Part shown: one piece after another, positions 55,929 to 64,000 of the stretch
Numbering within the stretch: the stretch's first letter is position 1
How the letters are laid out: each line of letters starts with the position of its first letter
DNA from: an uncultured Actinomycetota bacterium
GTDB lineage: Bacteria > Actinomycetota > Thermoleophilia > RBG-16-64-13
Assembly: GCA_963790415.1 (NCBI GenBank)
Contig: CAWBOK010000001.1
Coordinates: 770,545 to 834,544 of the forward strand
DNA: 64,000 nt
Direction of reading: 5' to 3'
Made by a program: the position numbers and the translations under genes
Notes under the pieces: generated by a model
Seen by the model: the letters and a program-made list of their open reading frames with translations, nothing else
Database searches by the model: none
What the model was told of the DNA's origin: nothing

Positions 55929-57599
55929 ATGGACAATGTGACCGATACGGGGGCCGTACGCGAGATTTGCGCGCGCTTTCAGGGCGCGTGCCGCGCGATG
56001 CACCTCTATCCTCCCGGACACTCGATGATCGAAAGCCAAATGAAGCCGCTCGCCTCTTCCTTGTCCGCCTTCCTCTCGCAACACGACTCTCTCCCCCTGC
56101 AGGTAGAGGAATCCAGCCTGGAGTACCGTGGGGAGGAGGTCTTTCGACAGGATGAACTGCGCGACGACCTAGCGTTCATGCTCTATAGAGAGGGCGTCCG
56201 CCTTCTGACTCTGCACGCCGGACTCGACCACGAGGAACTCAATGGTCTCGTCGAGTGCTTCAGTCGCGCGCCCGAGGCCACCGCATTCGACCAAGATCTG
56301 GTGACACTCCTCTGGGAACAGGACTTTGCCCACGTAGACTATGCGTTGGTCGATCCTCTGCGGCTGGAGGTCTCCGGTGCAGGCAGCTTTGAGGCCTTGA
56401 AGACCGACGTGCGGACGCGGCTGCACGACTCGGTGGACGCCGACCTGAGCCTGACCACACCCGGGTGGTACGACCTTCCCGCCGGCCAACTCATGGAGAT
56501 CGAGACCGGAGCCCTTGTCGGATCCGAAGAACTCGCCGCCCTGGAGCGTGCGATCAGGCAGGAAGCCCGGCCTCTCGAGCAGCTGGTCGACGTGCTGGTG
56601 GAGATGCTGGTCTGCTCAGAATCCGCCCGCGGGTCAGAATCCGCCGCCGGCGCACTCAGCCGTCTGCTGGTGTCCGAACTCAGGCGCGGAGATCTCGCGC
56701 TCGTGCAATCAGTTGTGGGCCGTCTTCACGACCTGAGAGGTCGGCGGCCGGATTGTTCAGCCATCGTCGACGGCATTCTGGTCGACATCGCTCAGACCGA
56801 GTCGCTGAGGCGAGTAGTCCTCGGCCTCGATGGTGCGCCGCGCGAACGGCAAGGGGAGGTGGAGGCCCTGCTTCATCAGCTCGCTCCGCACAGTTACCCG
56901 GCCCTGCTCGATCTGCTCGCCGAAGCCGAGGGGGGACGCTCGAGGAAGTGCCTGCTGAACGAGCTGACCACCGATCGGCGACTGCCCGTCGAACTGCTCG
57001 AACAGCGCCTCTCCGACCCACGCTGGTTCGTAGTCCGCAATATGGTGGTTCTCCTCAGGGCGACCCAGGATCGCTGCCCAGCCGATGTCCTGGCGCGCGT
57101 GTTGCGGCACGCCGACGACAGGGTGCGCCGCGAGGTGGTGCGTACACTTGCCGGGCTCACAGAGCCGCGGGCATCGACCCTTCTGCGCTCTGCCCTCACC
57201 GACTCGTCCCCCGCCGTACGGACTGCGGCAGCCCACGCTTTGGGGCAGCGGAAAGACGCAGACGCTCTTCCCGACCTGCTCGACTGTGTGAGATCCCCGG
57301 GGTTCACGGGCCGAGCGTCGGGAGAGGTCGTCGGCTTTCTCGAGGCTCTGGCAGAAGTGGCAGATGATCGCGCAGTCCCCACGCTCGTATCGCTGTCAAG
57401 GGATCGGCTCCTACACCCGCTGCCCCTGGATCTCCGCCTGAGCGCCCTCCGGGCTCTGGCCCATATCGGCACGCCGACCGCCGCAGAGAGCCTGCAGAAA
57501 GTCCGGCAGTCGAGGAACCGGACCGTCCGTCGTGAAGCCGAGCGCTGTCTGTTCGAAGTGGCGAACCGGCGCAAACCACCTCGCCCACAGAGCGACTGA
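55929..57599 (+). CDS. HEAT-repeat protein
   Basis: ATG at 55929. The C-terminal half has repeated D.RVRREVVRTLAGL / SPAVRTAAAHALGQ / LRLSALRALAHIG units. Confidence 0.6.
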   Translation: MDNVTDTGAVREICARFQGACRAMHLYPPGHSMIESQMKPLASSLSAFLSQHDSLPLQVEESSLEYRGEEVFRQDELRDDLAFMLYREGVRLLTLHAGLDHEELNGLVECFSRAPEATAFDQDLVTLLWEQDFAHVDYALVDPLRLEVSGAGSFEALKTDVRTRLHDSVDADLSLTTPGWYDLPAGQLMEIETGALVGSEELAALERAIRQEARPLEQLVDVLVEMLVCSESARGSESAAGALSRLLVSELRRGDLALVQSVVGRLHDLRGRRPDCSAIVDGILVDIAQTESLRRVVLGLDGAPRERQGEVEALLHQLAPHSYPALLDLLAEAEGGRSRKCLLNELTTDRRLPVELLEQRLSDPRWFVVRNMVVLLRATQDRCPADVLARVLRHADDRVRREVVRTLAGLTEPRASTLLRSALTDSSPAVRTAAAHALGQRKDADALPDLLDCVRSPGFTGRASGEVVGFLEALAEVADDRAVPTLVSLSRDRLLHPLPLDLRLSALRALAHIGTPTAAESLQKVRQSRNRTVRREAERCLFEVANRRKPPRPQSD

Positions 57600-57601
57600 G
57601 C

Positions 57602-59029
57602 ATGCCTGACACGCACGCCACCCAGGGCACGCCCCGCAGTCGCCTTCACGATCGCAACCGGCATCTGGTGCACTGCCTGGTCATAGGACTGAGAACCGTA
57701 CAGCTGCACGCGGCCGAGAACACCATGGTGGGCGCGGCCGTGGATCAACTCTACAACGCGGTAAACGAGCGTCTCTCCGACGCCGAATCGGTCACCGTAT
57801 CGGCCCGGAACCTGTGCCTATTCGTCGACACGGATCGCGTGCGCGTGACCTCCGCGGATTACGTGAACGTCCGCTACTTGATGCGCATGATGGAAGACTG
57901 GAGCCTGCCCGGGCTGCGCTTCAACCCGCGGGTGACGCCGAAGGAGATCGAAGAACTCCTGGTGTTCCTAGGCAGGACGACACCTCAGTCGAGCCCGGAC
58001 CTTCCTTGGGACAAGGCGGGTGGCGTCACCGCGGAAGCCCCTCCGGCGATCTCCTCGCCTGCCACCCGCGTCGACGACACTCTGCGCGTCTACACGGCGG
58101 CCATGGACGTCTCGCGCAGCCTATACGAAGCCCTCGACACCGACGAACCCACCCAGCAGCGGAGCCTGCGCCGCGTCACCCAGACGCTGGTGGACACCCT
58201 GCTGGAAGACGAGAGCGCCTTGCTCGGTATGACATCCATCAGGAATTACGACGGCTACCTCTTCAATCACTGCACCAACGTAGCCGTGCTCTCGGTTGCG
58301 CTGGGCCGGCGTCTGGCTCTCACCAAGCCACGGTTGGGAGAATTGTTCGTGGCGGGCCTCCTGCACGATCTGGGAAAGACCGTGGTGACAAAGGAGACCT
58401 TGGACAAGACCGGGACCCTGACCGATGACGAGTGGCAGGAGATACGCCGGCACCCGGTGCGCGGAGTGGAGATACTCCTCGAGCAGGGACACATCGGCTC
58501 GAGCATCCTTGCGGCGATCGTTGCCGGCTTCGAGCATCACCTCGACTACGATCTTTCCGGTTATCCTCATCTGCTACAGAAGGATCGCGTCTCGCTGTTC
58601 GGCCGCATCGTCGCGGTGGCGGACTGCTACGACGCCATCACGACGCCGCGTCCCTACCGGACGGTCAACCTCACGCCCTTCGACGGCATCCGCTTCCTTG
58701 TCGAGCACATGGGTACCAAGTTCGACCCCATCTTAGTGAAGATGTTCGTCGAGTTGCAGGGCGTCTACCCTCCAGGAACGATGGTCCGACTCTCTTCCGA
58801 CGAAGTGGGCGTCGTTTCCCGCGCCCCGTTGCCCGGTAGCCCGCTCGACCGGCCGTTGGTGCGCATCGTGAGGGGTTCCAGATCGGATTCGTACCTGGAC
58901 CTAGCAGAAGCCCAGGACGGCCACGATCGCACACCGGTCGTGACGGCCGTCATCAATCCCGACAATCAGGGATTACTCCCGGCGCTCGACATGTCGTTGC
59001 TTGCGAATGACGAGGTCGCTGAGACCTGA
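57602..59029 (+). CDS. HD-GYP domain protein (putative c-di-GMP phosphodiesterase)
   Basis: HCTNVAVLSVAL...AGLLHDLGK...HHLDYDLSGYP...VAVADCYDAITTPRPYR. Starts 2 nt after the HEAT-repeat gene. Confidence 0.8.
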   Translation: MPDTHATQGTPRSRLHDRNRHLVHCLVIGLRTVQLHAAENTMVGAAVDQLYNAVNERLSDAESVTVSARNLCLFVDTDRVRVTSADYVNVRYLMRMMEDWSLPGLRFNPRVTPKEIEELLVFLGRTTPQSSPDLPWDKAGGVTAEAPPAISSPATRVDDTLRVYTAAMDVSRSLYEALDTDEPTQQRSLRRVTQTLVDTLLEDESALLGMTSIRNYDGYLFNHCTNVAVLSVALGRRLALTKPRLGELFVAGLLHDLGKTVVTKETLDKTGTLTDDEWQEIRRHPVRGVEILLEQGHIGSSILAAIVAGFEHHLDYDLSGYPHLLQKDRVSLFGRIVAVADCYDAITTPRPYRTVNLTPFDGIRFLVEHMGTKFDPILVKMFVELQGVYPPGTMVRLSSDEVGVVSRAPLPGSPLDRPLVRIVRGSRSDSYLDLAEAQDGHDRTPVVTAVINPDNQGLLPALDMSLLANDEVAET

Positions 59030-59820
59030 TCGACCGCCGTTCTAAGCCGGGCGAGCAGAACCGAAGCTCGGTCGACCGCCTCCCCCCCGAGTCGATCCCC
59101 CACCGCTTGCAGTAGCGCGCTGCCCACGATAACGCCGTCCGAGACCGCCGCGAAGCTGCGGGCGCCCACCTCGCCCGCTACGCCGAAGCCCACGAGCGCG
59201 GGCAGGTCGGTGTGCCGACGCACCCGGGCGACCGTGCGGGCAGCCGGGGCGGTGCGTCTCGTCTCGCCGCCGGTCACTCCGTCGACAGAGGCGCAGTACA
59301 CGAACCCGCTGCACCTGTCGACGATGGTAGGGATCATGCGCTCGGGTGTTCCGGGCGTCACCAGAACGACCATCTCCAGACCAGCCGCGGTCACGGACGC
59401 CACGAATGCGTCTGCACCCTCCGGAGCGAGTTCGGCGACCAACATGCCGTCGATACCTGCCTCCGCGGCCGCGCTGCACAGACCCGCCGTCCCGAAAGCG
59501 TGAACCGGCTCGGAGTAGGTCATGAGGAGAAGCGGCACACGAAGCCCTCGCGCGCGGCAGCCCGCGACACACTCGAACAGCGAGGTGACGGTGGCGCCCG
59601 CGGCCAGAGCCAGATGCGACGCACGCCTGATCACCGGTCCGTCGGCCGCCGGGTCCGAGAACGGGAGGCCCACCTCCACGACGTCGGCCCCGGCCGCCTC
59701 GGCGGCGAAGAGCAGGCCCTCGAACGTGTCAACATCTGGATAGCCGAACATCAGAAAGACCACCAACGCCTTGCCACCCCGCGAGCGCTTCTCCCGCAGC
59801 GCGGCCTCGATGCGGCTCAC
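58966..59820 (-). CDS. trpA: tryptophan synthase alpha chain
   Basis: 284 aa. VEVGLPFSDPAADGPVIRRA and VGFGV motifs. The start overlaps the trpC stop. Confidence 0.9.
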   Translation of the reverse strand: MSRIEAALREKRSRGGKALVVFLMFGYPDVDTFEGLLFAAEAAGADVVEVGLPFSDPAADGPVIRRASHLALAAGATVTSLFECVAGCRARGLRVPLLLMTYSEPVHAFGTAGLCSAAAEAGIDGMLVAELAPEGADAFVASVTAAGLEMVVLVTPGTPERMIPTIVDRCSGFVYCASVDGVTGGETRRTAPAARTVARVRRHTDLPALVGFGVAGEVGARSFAAVSDGVIVGSALLQAVGDRLGGEAVDRASVLLARLRTAVDQVSATSSFASNDMSSAGSNP

Positions 59821-60644
59821 GAACCTCCTCCCACAAGCTCCGCGAGGGCCTTCCCCGGGTCGGCCGCCGTCAGCAACATCTCACCTATCAGGAACGCATG
59901 CGCGCCCGCGTGCGCAAGCCCGTCGAGATCGGCCGAACTGCGCAACCCGCTCTCGCTCACTGCCATCACGCCAGCAGGTATGAGGGGGAGCAACTCACGG
60001 CCCACCGCCTTGTCCACCGTGAACGTCTTGAGGTTTCGATTGTTGACCCCCACCACCGTCGCCCCAGCCGCCAGGGCTACATCCAGCTCCGGACCGCAGT
60101 GGACTTCGACCAGGGGCTCGAGACCTGCCTCGCGCGCGAGAGCGACGTACTCCGCCGTCTGCTCGCCGAGCGCCGCCACGATCAGCAACACGAGGTCGGC
60201 CCCGCAGGCGCGCGCCTCCCAGATCTGGTAGGGATCGACGACGAAATCCTTGAAGAGCAGAGGGACGTCCACTACGTCGCGCACCGCGGCGAGATGAGCC
60301 GGCGACCCGCCGAAGTGGTCGGGCTCCGTAAGCACGGAGATGGCGAACGCCCCATTCCGCGCGTAGGCGCGACCCACATCCGCGGCGTCCAGTCCGGGCC
60401 GGATCGAACCCTTTGACGGGCTGCGGCGCTTGATCTCGGCGATGACGGCCCGCTGGTCTTCCGGCCAGGCCGCCAAACGCGAAGACACGTCGAGCGCCGG
60501 TGCGCGGCGGCCGGCCTGATCGCGGAGCGCCTTCACCGAGAGGCTTCGACGGGCCTCCTGCACCCGGTGGTGACGGTCGCGGACGATCCGCTCGAGGAAC
60601 GAATGGTGGTCCGCCGCGGTCGCCCAGGACGAAGTCGGCATCAC
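59817..60644 (-). CDS. trpC: indole-3-glycerol phosphate synthase
   Basis: 275 aa. [13 protein letters not shown]...FLIDPYQI-like [24 protein letters not shown]...VGVNNRNL. Confidence 0.9.
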   Translation of the reverse strand: MMPTSSWATAADHHSFLERIVRDRHHRVQEARRSLSVKALRDQAGRRAPALDVSSRLAAWPEDQRAVIAEIKRRSPSKGSIRPGLDAADVGRAYARNGAFAISVLTEPDHFGGSPAHLAAVRDVVDVPLLFKDFVVDPYQIWEARACGADLVLLIVAALGEQTAEYVALAREAGLEPLVEVHCGPELDVALAAGATVVGVNNRNLKTFTVDKAVGRELLPLIPAGVMAVSESGLRSSADLDGLAHAGAHAFLIGEMLLTAADPGKALAELVGGGS

Positions 60645-61831
60645 GGCATCACCGTCGCGGCCCGACCATGGCCCGCCGCCGAGTCCGCGACCATGCCGGC
60701 GGCCCGCGTCGTCACGTCGATCAGCGATTCGAGTTTCCCAAGCGCCCTGCCGGAGTCGATGCTCTCGGCGGCGGCGGCCACGCCCGAGGCCAGATCGCTC
60801 GCGACACCCGCCACCAGCAGGGCCGCGCCCGCGTTGAGCAGCACGACGTCTCGCCGAGGGCCCGCCTCCCCCGCCAGTACCGACCGCGCCAAAACCGCAT
60901 TCTCAAAGGCATCCCCCCCACGGATGGATCCGATCGGAGCCACGGTCATCCCTACCTGCTCAGGTCGGATCTCGTATTCGCGCACGCGACCGTCTACCCA
61001 CTCGGCCACATGGGTCGGACCGGTGATGGTGATCTCATCTAACCCGTCAGAACCGTGCACCACCATGGCGCGTGTACTGCCCAGACGCCCCAGCGCGGCG
61101 GCCAACACCGGCGCCATGCAGGCCCGATATACGCCCACCACCTGTCGCTCCGCGCCCGCCGGATTCGTCAGCGGCCCCAGGAGGTTGAAGATGGTCCTGA
61201 TCCCCATGTCCCGACGCACCGGTGCCATGTGCCGCATGGCCGCATGAAGGGCGGGTGCGAAGAGGAAACCGATACCCAGCTGCGCCACGCACCGCCCCAC
61301 CACCCCGGCCGATACGTCCAGTCTGACGCCCATGGCTTCGAGCACGTCGGCGCTCCCACAACTACTGGACACGGCCCTGTTGCCGTGCTTGGCCACCCGC
61401 ACGCCCGCGCCGGCCAGCACGAACGCGGCCGTGGTGGAGATATTGAACGTACCGATGGCGTCGCCGCCCGTGCCGCACGTATCCATCAGCGCACCGGCGC
61501 CCACGTCGGGGATAGCGGTGGCGCGCCCCCGCATCACCCGAGCCGCTCCGACGATCTCGTCCACCGTCTCCCCTTTCATCCGCAACGCAGTCAGGAACGA
61601 AGCCGACTGCGCGTCCGGCACGCTGCCGCTCATCAGGGCCTCGACCGCCTCGATCATGTCGCGTTCCGTCAGATCCTCGCCTTCGACCAGCCGTCCGATC
61701 AACCGGCCCAGCCCGACGCCACCGCCTGCCACGCCGGCAGCCGGCCGGCCCATCGTGGCCACAGGCACCGTAGGGTGCTCGACCGGCCTGGCCGCCGTCG
61801 CCGCGAGCGCCACCGGCGCTGTCGCACTCAT
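60641..61831 (-). CDS. trpD: anthranilate phosphoribosyltransferase
   Basis: 396 aa. [23 protein letters not shown]...KHGNRAVSS...LGPLTNPA. Confidence 0.9.
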   Translation of the reverse strand: MSATAPVALAATAARPVEHPTVPVATMGRPAAGVAGGGVGLGRLIGRLVEGEDLTERDMIEAVEALMSGSVPDAQSASFLTALRMKGETVDEIVGAARVMRGRATAIPDVGAGALMDTCGTGGDAIGTFNISTTAAFVLAGAGVRVAKHGNRAVSSSCGSADVLEAMGVRLDVSAGVVGRCVAQLGIGFLFAPALHAAMRHMAPVRRDMGIRTIFNLLGPLTNPAGAERQVVGVYRACMAPVLAAALGRLGSTRAMVVHGSDGLDEITITGPTHVAEWVDGRVREYEIRPEQVGMTVAPIGSIRGGDAFENAVLARSVLAGEAGPRRDVVLLNAGAALLVAGVASDLASGVAAAAESIDSGRALGKLESLIDVTTRAAGMVADSAAGHGRAATVMP

Positions 61832-62400
61832 GCCGTCACCTTCAGGAAGTTGTCGAGGATCGCATGGCCGAACTCCGTCAGCATGGATTCCGGGTGGTAC
61901 TGCACCCCGTAGAGCCCGGCGGCATCGTCCACGATGGCCATCACCTCACCGTCGTCGGCTGCCCAGGCGCTCACGCGGAACCGGGCCGGGAGAGTCTCAC
62001 GGCTGATCACCAGGGAGTGATACCGGGTCGCAAGGAACGGATCGGGCAACCCCCGGCCGAGACCGGAGCCATCGTGACGAATGGGCGACGTCTTGCCGTG
62101 ACGCACACTTCCCGCCCGTTCGATGTGTGCTCCGAAGGCAAAACCCATCGCCTGATGACCCAGGCACACGCCGAGGATGGGGATCATTCCGGCGAACCGC
62201 CGGATCGCGTCGACGCTCACCCCCGCGTCTTCCGGGCCTCCGGGACCCGGCGAGATCACGATGTGTTCCGGCCCGAGCGCCTCGATCTCATCCACGGTGA
62301 CGCCATCGTTACGGCGCACTTCCACCTCCTGGCCCAGATCCCAGAAGTACTGCACCAGGTTGTAGGTGAAGGAGTCGTAGTTGTCGATCATGAGCAGCAC
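61828..62400 (-). CDS. trpG: anthranilate synthase component II (glutamine amidotransferase)
   Basis: 190 aa. [15 protein letters not shown]...[11 protein letters not shown]...VQYHPES. Confidence 0.9.
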   Translation of the reverse strand: MLLMIDNYDSFTYNLVQYFWDLGQEVEVRRNDGVTVDEIEALGPEHIVISPGPGGPEDAGVSVDAIRRFAGMIPILGVCLGHQAMGFAFGAHIERAGSVRHGKTSPIRHDGSGLGRGLPDPFLATRYHSLVISRETLPARFRVSAWAADDGEVMAIVDDAAGLYGVQYHPESMLTEFGHAILDNFLKVTA

Positions 62401-63992
62401 GAGGTCACCTCCGCGACGGCGGATGTCTCCGCGGCCGGGACGAGCCCGGCGGCGGCCAGATCGAGGGCCCGGCGCAACGCCCGGGCCTTGTGCAGGGTCT
62501 CTTCGTACTCACGGCTCGGGTCCGAGTCGGCCACCACGCCCGCGCCTGCCTGCAGCCGGACGCGGCCGTCACTGAAGACCATCATGCGGATGGCGATGCA
62601 GGTATCGAGGTCGCCGTCGAAGCCCAGGTAGCCGACCGCGCCTCCGTAGACGCCACGCGGCCGCCCCTCCAGCTGGGCTATCAACTCCATCGCCCGCACC
62701 TTGGGTGCTCCCGACACGGTGCCCGCGGGAAAGGCGGCCATAAGGGCGTCCATGCCGTCGAGGCCGTCGCGCAGCACGGCGGAGACCGTCGACACCATGT
62801 GCATCACGTGGGAGTACCGCTCGATGGTGAAGGACTCTTCCACCCGTACGGTCCCCGGAGCGCCGACCCGGCCCAGGTCGTTGCGCCCCAGGTCGACGAG
62901 CATCACGTGCTCGGCGCGCTCCTTGTCGTCGGCCAACAGGTCGGCCTCCAGAGCCTGGTCTTCGGCCTCGTCCGTACCGCGGGGTCGCGTGCCCGCGATG
63001 GGACGCAGGAGCGCCCTGCCCCCTTCCACGCGCAACATGACCTCGGGGCTCGCCCCCACCAGAGCGGTCTCGCCCAGGGACAGGTAGAAGAGGTACGGCG
63101 TCGGATCGAGTGCCCGGAGGGCTCGGTAGGCCGTGAAAGGATCGACCTCGCTCTCGCCCTCGAACGGCTGAGACACCACCACCTGGATGGCCTCCCCCGA
63201 CCGCACCGATTCGCGCGCCTTTGAGACCATGAGTTCGAACTCCTCGCGGCGCACCAACGGCTCGATCAGCGGCGCTCGGCAGGGTCGCGGCGTGACAGTC
63301 TCTTCCGGAAGCGGCCGGCGCAGCTTCGCGAGCAAGTCGTCGATCTCGGCCTGCGCTCGGCCCTCCGCCGCCGCGAGATCCTCCGCGTCGACGCACTCGA
63401 TCAGCACCATCAGGTCCAGAGTCTTGCGGACATTGTCGAAGGCGAGGATCTTCCGGGGAGCGAAAAGGCAGATATCGGGGAGGCCGAAGGGATCACGATC
63501 GTCGCGAGGAGCGCGGTCGTAGCGGCCGGCGTGCCCGCGTGGGGCTGTACCGTTGCCGCGCGGCTTGACCGGCGCCGAGGAGTCCAGCATCTGGGAAGCA
63601 AACAGGCGGGCGGCGCCGTAGCCGAGATAGCCCACCAGCCCTCCGGTCAGCCGAGCCAAATCGGGGAACCGCGGCATCTCATATACGTCGAGGATCCGTC
63701 GGAGGGCGGCGATCGGGTCGTCCGACAGCTCCTGCCCGGTTCCCGTCCGGATCACGGCCCGGTCGCCTTGGATCTTGATGATGAGAAAGGGGTCAAAGCC
63801 CACGAGCGAGTAGCGGCTCCAGCGGGTTCCGCCCTCCACGCTCTCGAACAGGAACGACCACGGTCCGCGGGCGAGCTTCAGATAGGTGCTCACCGGGGTC
63901 TCCGTATCGGCGGGCACCCGACGCACCACCGGGATCAACCTGCCTGCGCCGGTGGGCTCGCCGACACTCGAGCTCTTGGTCGCTGACATCAT
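62388..63992 (-). CDS. trpE: anthranilate synthase component I
   Basis: 534 aa. LFESVEGG...PYLFYL...GAPKVRAMELI...RGVYGGAVGYL...IAIRM. Confidence 0.9.
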   Translation of the reverse strand: MMSATKSSSVGEPTGAGRLIPVVRRVPADTETPVSTYLKLARGPWSFLFESVEGGTRWSRYSLVGFDPFLIIKIQGDRAVIRTGTGQELSDDPIAALRRILDVYEMPRFPDLARLTGGLVGYLGYGAARLFASQMLDSSAPVKPRGNGTAPRGHAGRYDRAPRDDRDPFGLPDICLFAPRKILAFDNVRKTLDLMVLIECVDAEDLAAAEGRAQAEIDDLLAKLRRPLPEETVTPRPCRAPLIEPLVRREEFELMVSKARESVRSGEAIQVVVSQPFEGESEVDPFTAYRALRALDPTPYLFYLSLGETALVGASPEVMLRVEGGRALLRPIAGTRPRGTDEAEDQALEADLLADDKERAEHVMLVDLGRNDLGRVGAPGTVRVEESFTIERYSHVMHMVSTVSAVLRDGLDGMDALMAAFPAGTVSGAPKVRAMELIAQLEGRPRGVYGGAVGYLGFDGDLDTCIAIRMMVFSDGRVRLQAGAGVVADSDPSREYEETLHKARALRRALDLAAAGLVPAAETSAVAEVTSCCS

Positions 63993-64000
63993 GTGTACCT

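Overview
High-G+C bacterial chromosomal window. The housekeeping content looks Gram-positive/actinobacterial: LCP, PASTA, MMPL, GT39 PMT-like glycosyltransferase, an OmpR/histidine-kinase pair and trpE-G-D-C-A.

Main result: the centre of the window (19.2-30.0 kb, minus strand) holds eight co-directional genes. Their order and domain content match bamBCDEFGHI, the tungsten/selenium-dependent class II benzoyl-CoA reductase module:
- BamB: AOR-family subunit
- BamC: 3x[4Fe-4S] protein
- BamD: HdrD-type CCG protein
- BamE: double HdrA-like flavoprotein of about 1040 aa
- BamF: MvhD-like protein
- BamG/H/I: NuoE-, NuoF- and NuoG-N-terminal-like proteins

The MvhD-like gene has an in-frame TGA exactly where homologs carry a conserved Cys (CNW-U-GYS). 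A hairpin follows it directly, so this is a probable selenocysteine codon with a SECIS element.

Five of the eight bam genes are interrupted by at least 17 single-base frame disruptions. bamC, bamD, bamI and most flanking genes are intact. About ten more disruptions lie in seven other genes. Essentially all of them have the same +1 polarity (one extra base). Whether this is an assembly artefact or real decay needs read-level checking.

Other items:
- A membrane protein with a zinc-ribbon / TM / 3xPASTA / cupredoxin architecture.
- A REP/MITE-like dispersed repeat family, including 95-96 bp inverted copies flanking a 50-aa zinc-ribbon ORF.
- Three sites of 11-bp-phased CTGTGA-type direct repeats, which suggest a regulon linking the two-component system to a GT2-GT39-GtrA glycosylation module.
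- A trp operon with no trpB between trpC and trpA.
- Truncated multicopper-oxidase, alpha/beta-hydrolase and Fur-like genes.

I saw no rRNA, tRNA, CRISPR array or intact transposase/integrase. All family assignments come from motif recognition by eye; no database search was possible.
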